From Perkinsela sp. CCAP 1560/9 (Eukaryota > Protista > Euglenozoa: Kinetoplastea), in NCBI GenBank assembly GCA_965644495.1, contig CBFFSA010000001.1:2108001-2172000 (forward strand): a stretch of 64,000 nucleotides of DNA, written 5' to 3'. A program made the translations under genes and the position numbers. Positions 33,550 to 44,619 of this stretch are shown here, piece by piece. The number at the start of each line of letters is the position of its first letter. The first letter of the stretch is position 1. The notes below the pieces were generated by a model. The model was not told where the DNA came from, ran no database searches, and worked only from the letters and a program-made list of their open reading frames with translations.

Positions 33550-34107
33550 ATGGAATTCATTAGGCTTGGCGTTGCGGCAGGATGCGGATCAGCACTCACC
33601 CTTGCCATGCAGCATAGCAAATACGCGGGGAGCTATTTTGCACGTCATACGATTGCCGCTGGGTGGGGAGTGACTCTCTGGGCCTCTGGGTTAGTCTTGT
33701 ATCGTCTTCGTCGTCATCTCACCCTTCCCACCGCTCGATGGCTGCATGCCGGACTCATGACTGCCGGGGCTCTCCTCATGGACTACAGCGTATACGTGAT
33801 GTGGAACGTGAAAGAGGAAAAGAAGCGAAAGCATTACAAGACGTGGCACGGTCAAATCGCACTTACTGCAGCGCTAGTTTCCACTGTTCAGGCTGCCGGA
33901 TCGTGGTGGCTTATGTACCCGACACGTCGAGCTTCTATTTGTAACAATCGAGAAACGCATCGCTGGATGGGGTATGGGATTATGGTCCTTTCTACAGCAG
34001 CGCTGAGCATTGGATGGTGGAAATCTGAAGTAATTGGAAAGAGTGACATATACCGTCCGCTTGGTCTCGTTGGGTGTCTTCTGCTTGGAGGGGCAGTTTC
34101 TCTTTAG
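33550..34107 (+). CDS. Cytochrome b561-like di-heme membrane protein
   Basis: TM helices with four spaced His (RHTIAAG, RWLHAGLM, KTWHGQIAL, ETHRWMGY). ATG at 33550. Confidence 0.75.
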   Translation: MEFIRLGVAAGCGSALTLAMQHSKYAGSYFARHTIAAGWGVTLWASGLVLYRLRRHLTLPTARWLHAGLMTAGALLMDYSVYVMWNVKEEKKRKHYKTWHGQIALTAALVSTVQAAGSWWLMYPTRRASICNNRETHRWMGYGIMVLSTAALSIGWWKSEVIGKSDIYRPLGLVGCLLLGGAVSL

Positions 34108-34550
34108 TTTTTTGGAATATGGTCTTACGTTTCCCTTTTTTGGCATTCCAAAATGTTTTTTTAAGTAAGAAGCAATGATTCTAGCCTTTAAAAGTAATCT
34201 TACCGCATCCATACTTACAGTGCACTTGAAGCTAGGAGTTCGCAACTAGTAGCATGTTTATGTACAGTGCATGAACGGCACAAAAATAACTGATGTATAC
34301 AATATTACGTGATGCACCTACTATGTATGTAGCGGTTTGAATGGTCATGCTATTTTCGTTATGAGTTTCTAAAAGATTAGTAATACAATTTAGTAGTACG
34401 ATTTATCGTTTATTATGAAAGGTTACTATACACTTTATGTTATGAAGGGTTATTATGTGGTGTAAATGCTACGAATCAAATAGTTAGCTGATACGTATCT
34501 CAATATGGCATTTGCACCCGATTTCGTTGTCGCCCTATTCTTTTTACGAC

Positions 34551-35423
34551 ATGTTTTGGTCTGTTAGGATTTTCATACGCCTTGAAGACAACACAAAGAC
34601 ATATCGTAAACCGAGCAAAGTGCGTGGAACTGATCTACCTCCTGTGGTTCAACTCGCCCGTTTGGTCAGCAATATTACCAATCCACATGAAACATGGAAT
34701 ACCGAAGTTCATCAATGCCTTTGGTCTGGAATACAATGCGCAACTCTAGACCGTACTCAGGTCCGATCTCTGTTTTGGTCGGATAGAAATCTTTTTGGGA
34801 GCTTGCTTTTGAATTACTGTCCTTCCACTCTTCTTTCCATTGATGTGAGCGAAAATCAGTTAGAAGGTTCACTTCCGTGCTCATTGCTACCCGACGGACT
34901 CCGAGACCTAATACTACGACGCAATCAATACACGGGGCCTCTTGATTTTACTCAACTTCCCATGGCCCTAATTAACTTAGATATTAGATCAAATATGTTT
35001 TCGGGTGGTGCGAATCTTATGAAACTTCCTCCTTCCTTGGATTTGCTCTGGATGAGGTCAAATTTGTTTTCCGGTGCGTTGTTGCTCTCACACCTTCCGA
35101 CCTCTCTGCGCGCCCTCGGGAGCTCACGTAATCTTTTTCAAGGTCCACTAAATTTAACGCACCTTCCCCTTAAATTGGCAAGTCTACATCTAAATCGCAA
35201 CCAATTTTCCGGTGAGCTAGATCTTACAAGGTTACCCAATAGTTTGGACGCGCTTGTTTTGGACCGAAATCAGTTTACAGGTAGAGTGGATCTCCGATCG
35301 CTTCCAGAGGGTATGGATCTTCTCGATATTTCTCATAATTATATCACATCCGTCGCTGATAAACATATTCCAGACTGGGTGAAGATTCGTCCCCAAAAGC
35401 GCCCCACCACTTCAAATGTTTAG
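34551..35423 (+). CDS. 23-aa LRR protein (family copy 5)
   Basis: RKPSKVRGTDLPP motif, TW...QCLWSGIQC cap, LRRs. ATG at 34551. Confidence 0.9.
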   Translation: MFWSVRIFIRLEDNTKTYRKPSKVRGTDLPPVVQLARLVSNITNPHETWNTEVHQCLWSGIQCATLDRTQVRSLFWSDRNLFGSLLLNYCPSTLLSIDVSENQLEGSLPCSLLPDGLRDLILRRNQYTGPLDFTQLPMALINLDIRSNMFSGGANLMKLPPSLDLLWMRSNLFSGALLLSHLPTSLRALGSSRNLFQGPLNLTHLPLKLASLHLNRNQFSGELDLTRLPNSLDALVLDRNQFTGRVDLRSLPEGMDLLDISHNYITSVADKHIPDWVKIRPQKRPTTSNV

Positions 35424-35742
35424 CGAGCTTTTCATACATGAGCAATTAATTTGATAAGCAGATTAATTTAAACTGCTTCTGCGTTATTTTGGAAAAATAT
35501 TATTATTCTTTCTTTTCGGTTCATCTATGCATTCGCGTTCTTACAATGTGCAAAATAAGTGTTTCTACGCTTTTGGTGCCGTGGATCTTATCAAATGGAT
35601 GGAAACTCTGAAATTCAAACCTATTAAATTTTTTGCTTTTCTATTAATTAAATTCAACTGAAAACGTTTATGGATACATCCGAGAAGAATGCACAACGGG
35701 GGTGTAGGCGAAGAGATTTTTTAAAGTGCAAAGAAGGAAAAG

Positions 35743-36384
35743 ATGTATAAAACAGACTCTCAGAATTTCTCACACAACCACAGTGTGATTCTAATAGGAA
35801 TGCGTGGCGTTGGAAAATCTTTAGCGGCCAAGTTTCTTTCATGCCATTGGAACACCAAGCGGTATTCCGTATGCGTGGATATGGACGATGTGTTCACTTG
35901 CTCCTCAAGTAGGTTTCATGATCTATTTCCAACAATTTTCCGAGATACCCTTCGTTCGTGCCTAGGTATTTCGGAGTTTGTTAATACATTTGGATGGGAC
36001 CTGTTTCGCAAAATTGAGTATCTTTTGTTATGTCGTCAGCTGCGAGAAATGCCGGTCGGAGCAATCATAGCCACAGGTGGGGGTATAGTTGACTACCTCC
36101 CGTCTAGGTTTCTTTTACTGCGCTGGCCAATAGTTATTTTTCTACATCGGCTCCTGCCAGAGGACGTATCAGATACATCAGGTTTAGGTTATTGTATTCA
36201 ATTCGGGAATAATGATCACCGACCTCCTCTTCCGTTAACCTTTCACGAAATGTATAAAAGAAGAATTTCTTACTATTGCACTTGCAGTACGCACATCTGG
36301 AATCTTGATGTTCCTTTCGGTACAGGTAATGTGAAAGAGATTAAAAAAGGAATATTAGACCTGGTTCGATCCAGCAAGTTATAA
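35743..36384 (+). CDS. aroK: Stand-alone shikimate kinase-like protein with PTS1 (-SKL)
   Basis: Walker A LIGMRGVGKS, DMDD, FGWDLFRKIE, IIATGGGIVD, RP, KRRISYY. Ends SSKL. Confidence 0.8.
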   Translation: MYKTDSQNFSHNHSVILIGMRGVGKSLAAKFLSCHWNTKRYSVCVDMDDVFTCSSSRFHDLFPTIFRDTLRSCLGISEFVNTFGWDLFRKIEYLLLCRQLREMPVGAIIATGGGIVDYLPSRFLLLRWPIVIFLHRLLPEDVSDTSGLGYCIQFGNNDHRPPLPLTFHEMYKRRISYYCTCSTHIWNLDVPFGTGNVKEIKKGILDLVRSSKL

Positions 36385-36978
36385 ATTTTGATAGGTAATT
36401 TATTTTACTGGCCACCCGAATATTATAAAATACCACCCAAACATTATCAGGTATGTGGATTGGAGACGGCACTCAGATACAGTAAAGTCACGCGATGGCT
36501 CTGGTCTCTAAACTGAGGCCCTTTACTCTAATCCCCTTACAACTGTGTACTCTAACCGTCCAGTGCGGTTCCATGCGGGTGGGATCTTGTTTCCGAATAA
36601 CAAGGTTGCAATCTATGCGGTGGACCTCAACTGGGTGAACGAAATCTGGGTGCTTCCAGTTGGGGTCTCCTCAGACCGTTGCTGATAGGGCATATATTCA
36701 TAAAGCCTCTTGCCCCATCCTAGGTCAGCCCTCAAAGCTGTGGTGGCCAACATGGATCTCTATCCCCTGACGTTCACTACTTTTTGGTGCATTTCATGGG
36801 AATGGGACCATTTCATCATTTATCAAAATAGATCTTTAGCATGCAACACATTAATTTTCCATACGTGTATTACTTGCATTTACTCCCGAATTACGGACAC
36901 GGGTCTTTTTTCTTCCTACAATCTCTTTAAAGCTTTTTGATCACCTAGTATGATTCACCTGATACGGATTGCATCTTA

Positions 36979-37962
36979 ATGCGGCCCTCATTTCTGCTCT
37001 TTTGCATTCATTGTTCTGTTCTTGCAGTGGCTCAAGACAGCACTGCACTTTCTACTTTGAGCTCATCACTATCTGCAGAACACGAACTTGAAATTTTTCT
37101 CAAAAACATTCACAACTGGCATCATACATGGGATCTACAAAATCCCATCCGATCTTGGAAAGGTATTTACTGTAACGATCAAGGAGAGCTCACACAAATT
37201 GATTGGCGGTATATGCGACTCCAAGGAAATCTTACTTGGAGGCACATCCCACCTCATATTGAAACCTTATGCCTCCGAGAGAATGATCTTCAAGGTACCA
37301 TTCAACTTTGTGATCTTCCGCCCCGATTAAAAGTCTTGCTTCTTGACAGTAATCATTTTCGTGGCCACCTTTACTTAGAGGAATTACCATGGCAAATTCG
37401 TGTGCTACGTGTTGGTCACAACGCTTTGGGTGGTCCACTTGAAATTCCTTTTTCTCATCCTGTATTACGTGAGCTTCACGTCGAGTACAATGCTTTCCAC
37501 GGTACGTTGGATCTTGAACAGCTGCCACTTCGGTTGCGAATTCTTGACGTCACTCAAAACAACCTTAGCGGAGACCTAAACTTGACTTTTCTTCCCAGCG
37601 GCCTCAACGTCCTTTCCGTGGCATACAACACATTTTCGGGTGGTGTTTATTTAAGTCAGCTTCCTTTCGAATTGCGCGTTTTGAATCTGAGCCATAACCA
37701 ACTTGATACCGGAGTTGACCTTCAACGTCTTCCCGTTGAACTTGAAGAACTCTATTTGAACCACAATTATTTTTTTGGTAGGCCGAAACTTCTTGAATTG
37801 TCTCCTTTCTTAAGAGTACTTCACCTTCACAATAATTGTTTTCGGGGTTACATTGATGTTTCCCATGTAAATCATAAAACCGAGATACGAATTTATCCTC
37901 AACGAGAGACTTTTGTGCGAACCTATGTGAGAACAAAGCCTGAACCTTGCTGTGTGTCCTAA
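36979..37962 (+). CDS. 23-aa LRR protein (family copy 6) with a signal-peptide-like N-terminus
   Basis: Hydrophobic leader MRPSFLLFCIHCSVLAVA-QD, TW...RSWKGIYC cap, about 9-10 LRRs. Confidence 0.9.
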   Translation: MRPSFLLFCIHCSVLAVAQDSTALSTLSSSLSAEHELEIFLKNIHNWHHTWDLQNPIRSWKGIYCNDQGELTQIDWRYMRLQGNLTWRHIPPHIETLCLRENDLQGTIQLCDLPPRLKVLLLDSNHFRGHLYLEELPWQIRVLRVGHNALGGPLEIPFSHPVLRELHVEYNAFHGTLDLEQLPLRLRILDVTQNNLSGDLNLTFLPSGLNVLSVAYNTFSGGVYLSQLPFELRVLNLSHNQLDTGVDLQRLPVELEELYLNHNYFFGRPKLLELSPFLRVLHLHNNCFRGYIDVSHVNHKTEIRIYPQRETFVRTYVRTKPEPCCVS

Positions 37963-38222
37963 GCACGCGTGTTTTAAATACTGTTAGTTTGCACATTAAG
38001 TCTAAAAACTGATTACAGTCCTAAAACATTGTACTTTTTTCGAAAGTATTTTCGAAACATCATTATTTAGCTGTTCTGTTGAGGGCGGTGATTAGTTTGA
38101 ATAAAAAATGTTTTTAAGCATATTTAACGCATTTAATACTTTAAAAGATTAAAAGAATAATTTTGTCTTACATCCTGAACAATTCTGTCTATACACCTGA
38201 ACTACAAAGCTACTCTTTGACC

Positions 38223-41200
38223 ATGAGTTCCAGTTACGTTAAACTACCAGTTGCTGGTAGTCCATCCTCCGGTATTAAATTCGTTCGACACTTGGGAATT
38301 TTATGCAATGAGACCGCTAGACTACACTCAGTCTTTTCTCGTAGACGGCATTCCTACCCTGAGATTCCGTACGGCAGTCGTCCGATTCAGTATAGGGATC
38401 AAACTTCGAGCGATACAGTGTCATCGCAGTGGGATGATATTCCCTACACGGAGAAGGGGCATTCTGAATTTGAAAGGAGATATACACGAAACAAAACTGT
38501 AAACTCTACACGTAGATCCATCCAAACTCCGCATTTCGCACTTCATGCGAAAAGTACAACTGTACCCAATTCTGTGCCCGTCTTGCCGCATCATAAACCC
38601 AACACTTCTTCCTCCTCTTCACTTCAACATCGACTGAAGAAACTTCTTCCTCATCGGTCCCTTCTCTCGGAAAGAATTGAACACGATCACGAATCACAAG
38701 TAGGAGTGCAACACGATCGCCACAATAACACGCAACTTCCACTTTGGCTTAAAAATCGCTCACGAGAAACCAAACACCCGACAAGGGAACTGAGAACAAA
38801 CGCCAATATTTCTTCACGTTCATCCATCCGGTCCGCCGCCCAGACTTCTCAATGTAAGACACACCCGGAGCACCACCCATGTCTCCTTCAGTCTTCCGGT
38901 GCACGTTGCACCCATCAACCACCCTCCCGATGTCCGTATCGAAACTTACCTCGGGAGCTGTGCCTTACTTTTCTAAAAACAGGGGAATGCGTACCTCACG
39001 AAACCGGGGGGCACTGCCCATGGGTTCACCAAGACGTGGCGCAGTACGAAGCGAGCCGGACAAATAAGAGAACAAATATGGGTGGTACCTTACAGAACCC
39101 TGCGGATTGCGCTGTGCAGCGTGTGGTGGATGTCTCGGTCGCCTCGTTGAATACTTCGGCTCGGACAAATCGTTCTGATAAGCATAACGATAACGAAACG
39201 TCGACGAGTGCCAAACAAGAAGCGATACCCTATTCAAGAGTATGTGACGAGGATATTTCAACGGATAAAGGCCCCACTGGGTTCTCTTCTCACGTAGCTC
39301 TTCAGCTAATAGACTACATAATTCACTGTCCGGGCTCTCTTCCATCGGACACATTATATCGGATATGCCAGAATTTGACCACGCAGAGGCCCTCTAGTGG
39401 GAATCCAGACTGGAAACAGCTTCAATGGGGAAACTCGGCTCGGAGGTTTTTCCAATCTTGGACACCGGAGGTCGTTGTAGCCACCGCATCCTATCACAAT
39501 TCTCTTCTCTCTGTGCGGGACGACAGGCTACGATGGATTGGTGGTCAACTCAAATGCCTAGCAAAATCTTCCAGTATTAAGGGTTCAGATCGTTGGTTGT
39601 TTGGTCAAGAGGGTAGTACGCCTTTATCCATGTTCCGCCTATACTGCATAGTTCTTGAAAGTAGTACATCGTGGATGGAAGCAGTACGCCATCTGAGATC
39701 CTTGCACTCGATCCGGCCTCACTTGAAGAACGAAATTCGACACTTAGCGAGTTGTGGTGATGGATTTCTTGCACAACTTTCGAAATTAGTTCTTCCCATT
39801 TCGTTGGTGAAATACCTTGTATCTCTTTTCGTGGCGTGTCCACAAAAGATGAACTTTGCGACTGAGTTTTTCGCCCTATTTAATTCGTGTGGCCAAGCTG
39901 CTCATCTTAAGGAAACTCAAGGTGGGAATATGATTGAGTCGACACATAAACTTTTTGGTTCATACAATCTAGCAAGCCGTGATTATCAGAACATGGTAGT
40001 GGAGATATTACATCCCCAGCAGGCTCATGCAAGCAAAAACAATGTTTCTCCCTCAATCTTGGACGTTCTAGTTTCTCCATATTACTGCATTTCCGATCTT
40101 TATAGAAAGAAGGACAACACTTCTTCCGGAGACGGTTTCGAAAAGGTCTCTCAAGATGCATCTACCCAAGAAGCGCGACTAGGTCTTATATCGATGGAAC
40201 AAGCTCTTCAACGTCATACTTTTTCTCGCATGGTATTGCTACACGCTTGCGGAGGACTTTTCTCTGACTCAGCGTTGAATAGCGATGCTGAGGAAGATTT
40301 TACGCGTTTACGATACAGCCGGGCGTCACGTCAAAGTGCTCTCAAGACGCGATCTACGCATAACTCACAGCTTCTTAACAAAAATGTTCCACGTCGGCTC
40401 CCCCCACCCTCTGTTGTTTCCGCCTACCTTCTTACGTCACTACAGATTGGTTCTTGTCAGCAAGCCTATCGTTGGCTCCGTTCGTACTTTACTTTTTCGC
40501 AAAGCAACACCGCATGGCTACACTGGACAGACGATACCTACGCCGTCACACTTCGTGTGCTTTGTGTCTTGAAAAAACCTATTCCTGCGTGGCGGTTGTA
40601 TTTTCAGATTATGCAACACACGCAGGTTCGTACACACCAGGCGTTATTCGATCAAGACGGTTCACTAGAAAACGACCCCCAGGAGGCAACTTTTAATTCT
40701 CACACCCATTCCCACTTTTCAGACAGTCGGATTGCATCGTGCCCGTTTGCGTTAAGCACGGAGGTAACTCTTCTTTCCATTTGCAAGTCTTTCCGCGATA
40801 TAATGAAAGTAATTCACGCCGTTCAGTACCGTGACAAAGCCAATCGAACGCCGCGGGAACTGAAAAGGGTTTTCTCGCACAGAGTTGTGGAAAATCAGGA
40901 ACATAAAGAAACTGTTGCAGGAGAAACAAACGCGGATTTCCGTGAGTCTTGTTTTCCTAGAGCTGTAGAATGGGAGTCCTCTGCAATTCCCTCTCGCGTG
41001 CGTGTGCTGCGTGCAGCGACGTGGTCTCTTTTTCGTTTCGGCTTGTACAAAGAAGCTGGGTATACTCTGTGCAGTGAAAAAGACTGGGCATTGCGTAGTG
41101 ATTATGTTTCTGCATCTACCGCTGCACGCTCCTGTACAACTGAAAACGAGGGATCACGAAATGAATGTCTCAGTAGAATAGGGAAAGATGTAATTATTGG

Positions 41201-41471
41201 TCAGCGTGTTTTAACTTTACTGGCAAAAAAAATATACAAACAGATTTTAAAAGTAGGGCACACAGCGGAAAATACGGGTACTAAAACAGATACTTCTACT
41301 TCTTGCTCTCAGTCTTCTCTTGGGTGTGGGACTTTTTTCTCAACTGACGAATGCGCAAGCACCCTTTCAAGACATTTTACCCTGAAGCGATCTAGATGTG
41401 GTACGGAGGCCGTTCGGGCTTTCTCTACACCTCAAATGCTACAATTTCTCGAAGAGAATTACGAAGTGTGA
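38223..41471 (+). CDS. Large protein with a CCCH-type zinc finger, probable RNA-binding protein
   Basis: About 1080 codons. LCLTFLKTGECVPHETGGHCPWVH preceded by a second Cys cluster. ATG at 38223. Confidence 0.7.
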   Translation: MSSSYVKLPVAGSPSSGIKFVRHLGILCNETARLHSVFSRRRHSYPEIPYGSRPIQYRDQTSSDTVSSQWDDIPYTEKGHSEFERRYTRNKTVNSTRRSIQTPHFALHAKSTTVPNSVPVLPHHKPNTSSSSSLQHRLKKLLPHRSLLSERIEHDHESQVGVQHDRHNNTQLPLWLKNRSRETKHPTRELRTNANISSRSSIRSAAQTSQCKTHPEHHPCLLQSSGARCTHQPPSRCPYRNLPRELCLTFLKTGECVPHETGGHCPWVHQDVAQYEASRTNKRTNMGGTLQNPADCAVQRVVDVSVASLNTSARTNRSDKHNDNETSTSAKQEAIPYSRVCDEDISTDKGPTGFSSHVALQLIDYIIHCPGSLPSDTLYRICQNLTTQRPSSGNPDWKQLQWGNSARRFFQSWTPEVVVATASYHNSLLSVRDDRLRWIGGQLKCLAKSSSIKGSDRWLFGQEGSTPLSMFRLYCIVLESSTSWMEAVRHLRSLHSIRPHLKNEIRHLASCGDGFLAQLSKLVLPISLVKYLVSLFVACPQKMNFATEFFALFNSCGQAAHLKETQGGNMIESTHKLFGSYNLASRDYQNMVVEILHPQQAHASKNNVSPSILDVLVSPYYCISDLYRKKDNTSSGDGFEKVSQDASTQEARLGLISMEQALQRHTFSRMVLLHACGGLFSDSALNSDAEEDFTRLRYSRASRQSALKTRSTHNSQLLNKNVPRRLPPPSVVSAYLLTSLQIGSCQQAYRWLRSYFTFSQSNTAWLHWTDDTYAVTLRVLCVLKKPIPAWRLYFQIMQHTQVRTHQALFDQDGSLENDPQEATFNSHTHSHFSDSRIASCPFALSTEVTLLSICKSFRDIMKVIHAVQYRDKANRTPRELKRVFSHRVVENQEHKETVAGETNADFRESCFPRAVEWESSAIPSRVRVLRAATWSLFRFGLYKEAGYTLCSEKDWALRSDYVSASTAARSCTTENEGSRNECLSRIGKDVIIGQRVLTLLAKKIYKQILKVGHTAENTGTKTDTSTSCSQSSLGCGTFFSTDECASTLSRHFTLKRSRCGTEAVRAFSTPQMLQFLEENYEV

Positions 41472-41540
41472 TTGAAGTAACGCACCTTGGCGAGTACGTA
41501 CTCGCATGTACTCGCCGAAAACGAATTTTGAAATCACTTA

Positions 41541-41850
41541 CCGTGATCCCCCCTTTAATATGCACCCCCTTCCCTCCCCCCCCCCCTTAATATGCACAAA
41601 TTTTGGTGAAAGGGGACTTTTTTCCCCCCAAAAAACACTTGATTTTTTTTCACGGTGGTTGCGCAGACAAAATTTCAGTACTTTGCTACTTACACGACTC
41701 CGCTCTATCATTTTTCTTTGCACTGTAAAATGTATGACCGTATCACTTTTTGTAGTTGGGAACCTTGGATGACGTGATGATAGAAGCGTGTACCGTACGA
41801 TGTGAATTAAGGAGTTCTTGTGCCGGTGACAATTAAGTAGGGGGGCACAG
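41541..41850. mobile_element. MITE end remnants (TA-ccgtgatcccccc...; ...taggggggcacag-TA)
   Basis: TA-flanked C/G-run ends with a duplicated subterminal ttaatatgcac. The right end resembles the 46479-48432 family. Confidence 0.5.
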
Positions 41851-42302
41851 TAAATATTTTAATATTTAATATGTAATTCGCCAGGCTCAAAAGTCTATTT
41901 TAGTTAGCTTAAGATAGATTGTTTTCTCTAGAATGTAGATAATAATAGCGCAGAATGTTGTTTTGAATGGTAGAAGTTTCATTCCTAAATATGTTCCATA
42001 TATTCTTGTCGTAGATTAAATCATATATTATTCTTGCACAACTTGCGAGTGGGCTCGTCCGCCATTTTGGTGGACCGAAGGGTAGTCATACATGTACGTG
42101 TCAGGTTGATATGATTGACACGGGGGGAAAGGTGTATTCGAATAAAGTCACTCCGGATAGTAGTATGGCGAAGTAAACGTGGATTGTGGTGTGCCGCTTG
42201 GTGGTAGACAATAATACCGTTGACGTCTGTCTAGATACCGTTGACGTCTGTTGACTGGCTGTGGCAGATGAAATTGGTATTCGGTCGGTAGCTTGCTTTC
42301 GG

Positions 42303-42480
42303 TTTATAACTGGCTTTCGGTTGATAACTGGCATGCGGTTGATAACTGGCTTTCGGTTGATAACTGGCTTTCGGTTCATAACTGGCTTTTCGTTGATAAT
42401 TGGCTTTTTGTTGATAACTGACTTTTTGTTGATAACTGGCTTTTTGTTGATAACTGGCTTTTTGTTGATAACTGGCTTTG
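42303..42480. repeat. 18-bp tandem array, 10 units (ttgataactggcttt(cgg/ttg))
   Basis: Directly visible. Extra unit at 42521 and a TIR-like end actgataaagggggggtccaat-TA at about 42672-42694. Confidence 0.9.
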
Positions 42481-42839
42481 AATGGGTTTAGTTGGCGTAC
42501 TTTCACTTTCTTGGGTCCTTTTGATAACTGGATTTTGAAATGGGGGCGGACTCTTTGAAGTCACATTCGACGACCAGACCCCCGCCTTGGAAAATCCCGG
42601 CCTCCTCGTGCGTTGCTCGCCCCACGGGACACTCGCGCTGAAGAAAAGCGCCCAGGACGAGATTTGTTAAAACTGATAAAGGGGGGGTCCAATTATTATT
42701 CACATCCATTTACTATTCACAAACTCATTTACTATTCACATTCATCTACTATTCACAAACAATTATTTGTTAAAAAAAATTACCCTTCCTTCTTTACGTG
42801 ACTTGAGTTCGAAAGAAACTCGAAAAAATCTTGTACCTC

Positions 42840-43124
42840 ATGAACGCTCTTCACGCATCCTCCGTGAGAACACTTAATGAAACCGACGTGGAGTCGGGGC
42901 TTTTTGAGGAAGCTGAAGGCGATGAAGATGCATCGGAAATCGTGGACGACGACTGCTTTACAGATGATGCACGTCTGCTACAGTTTTTGGATTCGACTTC
43001 CGGCACTCCGGCTGAAGAATGCTATAAGTCGGGATACATTTCTGACGAAACTATGAAGGAAGAAGAGAAAGAAAGACTTTTCTTTGATAGATTTTCCAGA
43101 AAAAAGTTATTTTCTCAGTCTTAA
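42840..43124 (+). CDS. Small acidic hypothetical ORF or gene fragment
   Basis: 94-codon ATG ORF, Asp/Glu-rich, inside a repeat island. Confidence 0.3.
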   Translation: MNALHASSVRTLNETDVESGLFEEAEGDEDASEIVDDDCFTDDARLLQFLDSTSGTPAEECYKSGYISDETMKEEEKERLFFDRFSRKKLFSQS

Positions 43125-43198
43125 GTTGTCTCAACTACAACAGTTCTACAGAATACTACAGTTGTACAGTTCTACTCTACTTGTACCAGTTACTACAG

Positions 43199-43303
43199 AA
43201 TCTAGAGTAGAGTACGAATCTAGAGTAGAGTACCAATCTAGAGTAGAGTAGAATCTAGAGTAGAGTAGAATCTAGAGTAGAGTAGAATCTAGAGTAGAGT
43301 ACC
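43199..43303. repeat. 17-18-bp tandem array (aatctagagtagagta(g/c)), about 6 units
   Basis: Directly visible, embedded in cagttcta-rich low-complexity sequence. Confidence 0.9.
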
Positions 43304-43546
43304 AGTTCTACAGAATCTAAAGTTGTTCTACAACTTTAGACAACTTTAGTTGTCTAAAGTTATTCTCAGAAAAAGTTTTAGAAAGAAGTTCTTTCATAAG
43401 AAACTATGAATTTCTGACGAAAATATGATGCTTAATCGCTCGCTTGGATAATACTGAAATTTTGTTTGAGAAACCACCACGAAAACATTTCAAGTTTTTT
43501 TGGGGGAAAAAAATGTCCCTTTTCACCCAATTTTGAATTTTTGCTA

Positions 43547-43854
43547 AACCATGTTCCAGGATAGTATACCCATGCCCACTTAGTGTACTAGGTATACTAA
43601 GTGTCCCCAAGCCACTTAGTATCCCCCCTCCCAGCAACAGGAGCGGGATATGTCCCTTTTTTAGAAACGACAGAGCAAGAAATCGTATTTTAAGGTCAAG
43701 GCACCATTTTGCTAGCAACTACAGCTAAGGAACGCGCCGCGAAGCGGCGCGAAATGTTTTTTTGCATTTTAGACAAAATTTAGTACACCGTACCCATTTA
43801 GTATACCGTACCCACTTAGTATACCTACTAGGTATACTATCCTGGAACATGGTT
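43547..43854. mobile_element. TA-flanked MITE, TIR aaccatgttccaggatagtatacc
   Basis: Perfect 24-bp inverted ends, internal cccacttagt repeats, hairpin at 43734. Solo right end of the same family at about 54860-54947. Confidence 0.85.
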
Positions 43855-44272
43855 TATAAAAAATAGTAAGTCTTAAAAAAAGGTTTTTTCAAAATCTTGT
43901 CCATTGTATTTTGAGAGTATGGGACCTATACAAGCTTTCTATGCCGTTGTTTTCGCAAAGGACGCCTTTTTGGTGTCGAGGTACACCTCCCAAAATGACA
44001 CATTTTTTAACAAAAAAAATGAAAAAGTAATTTTCGGGCCGGAAGGCATCATTTTACGTCAGAAGAATCGTGTGGTTGGAGTCGCATTCTCTACCCAATA
44101 CGTTCGGCAGGCTTTCATTCATGCCTACGAGTGATTTCCTACACGCAAACTTCGGATTTGGTGCTCTCAGAGCAAAAATAGCCAAAATTTCCCCCATTTT
44201 TGCCTACAAATCGACTATTTTTGATACTAATCCTACCGGTTTCTTGCGCTTTCGTAGCCAATTTTTCTTTTT

Positions 44273-44371
44273 TAGGCTCTTCGTTAAACGCGGAGGCAGT
44301 CTTCAACGCGAAGCGCACTGCATGAGTGACTTCTATGTTGAAAACAACCACCGCGTTCAACGAAGAGACTA
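44273..44371. mobile_element. Second copy of the TAGGCTCTTCGTTAAA MITE-like unit
   Basis: Reverse-complement similar to 26261-26359. Similarity extends into the flanking repeat sequence. Confidence 0.75.
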
Positions 44372-44619
44372 AAAAAGTAGTATCTGTAACTTATAAATTT
44401 AGTATCTGTAACTTACTGTATAGTATCTGACAAATTGTGAGTTAAATATTTGTAAGCTGGCGTGACAATACCCGGAGTACAACCACAGGAAACATCACGA
44501 CGCAGGAAAGCAGCTCAGAGTAGTCTTGTACTACTACTGTAATTTGAAACTAGAAAAGAAACTATCGAAGAAATGCGCTACATCTCCTTAAGTGCATTTC
44601 GTTGAATCACTTCCCACTT

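Noticed and set aside
42303-42480. 18-bp array (and the 17-bp array at 43199-43303) as a CRISPR array
   Set aside because: Units are directly adjacent with no unique spacers, there are no cas genes, and the context is eukaryotic.
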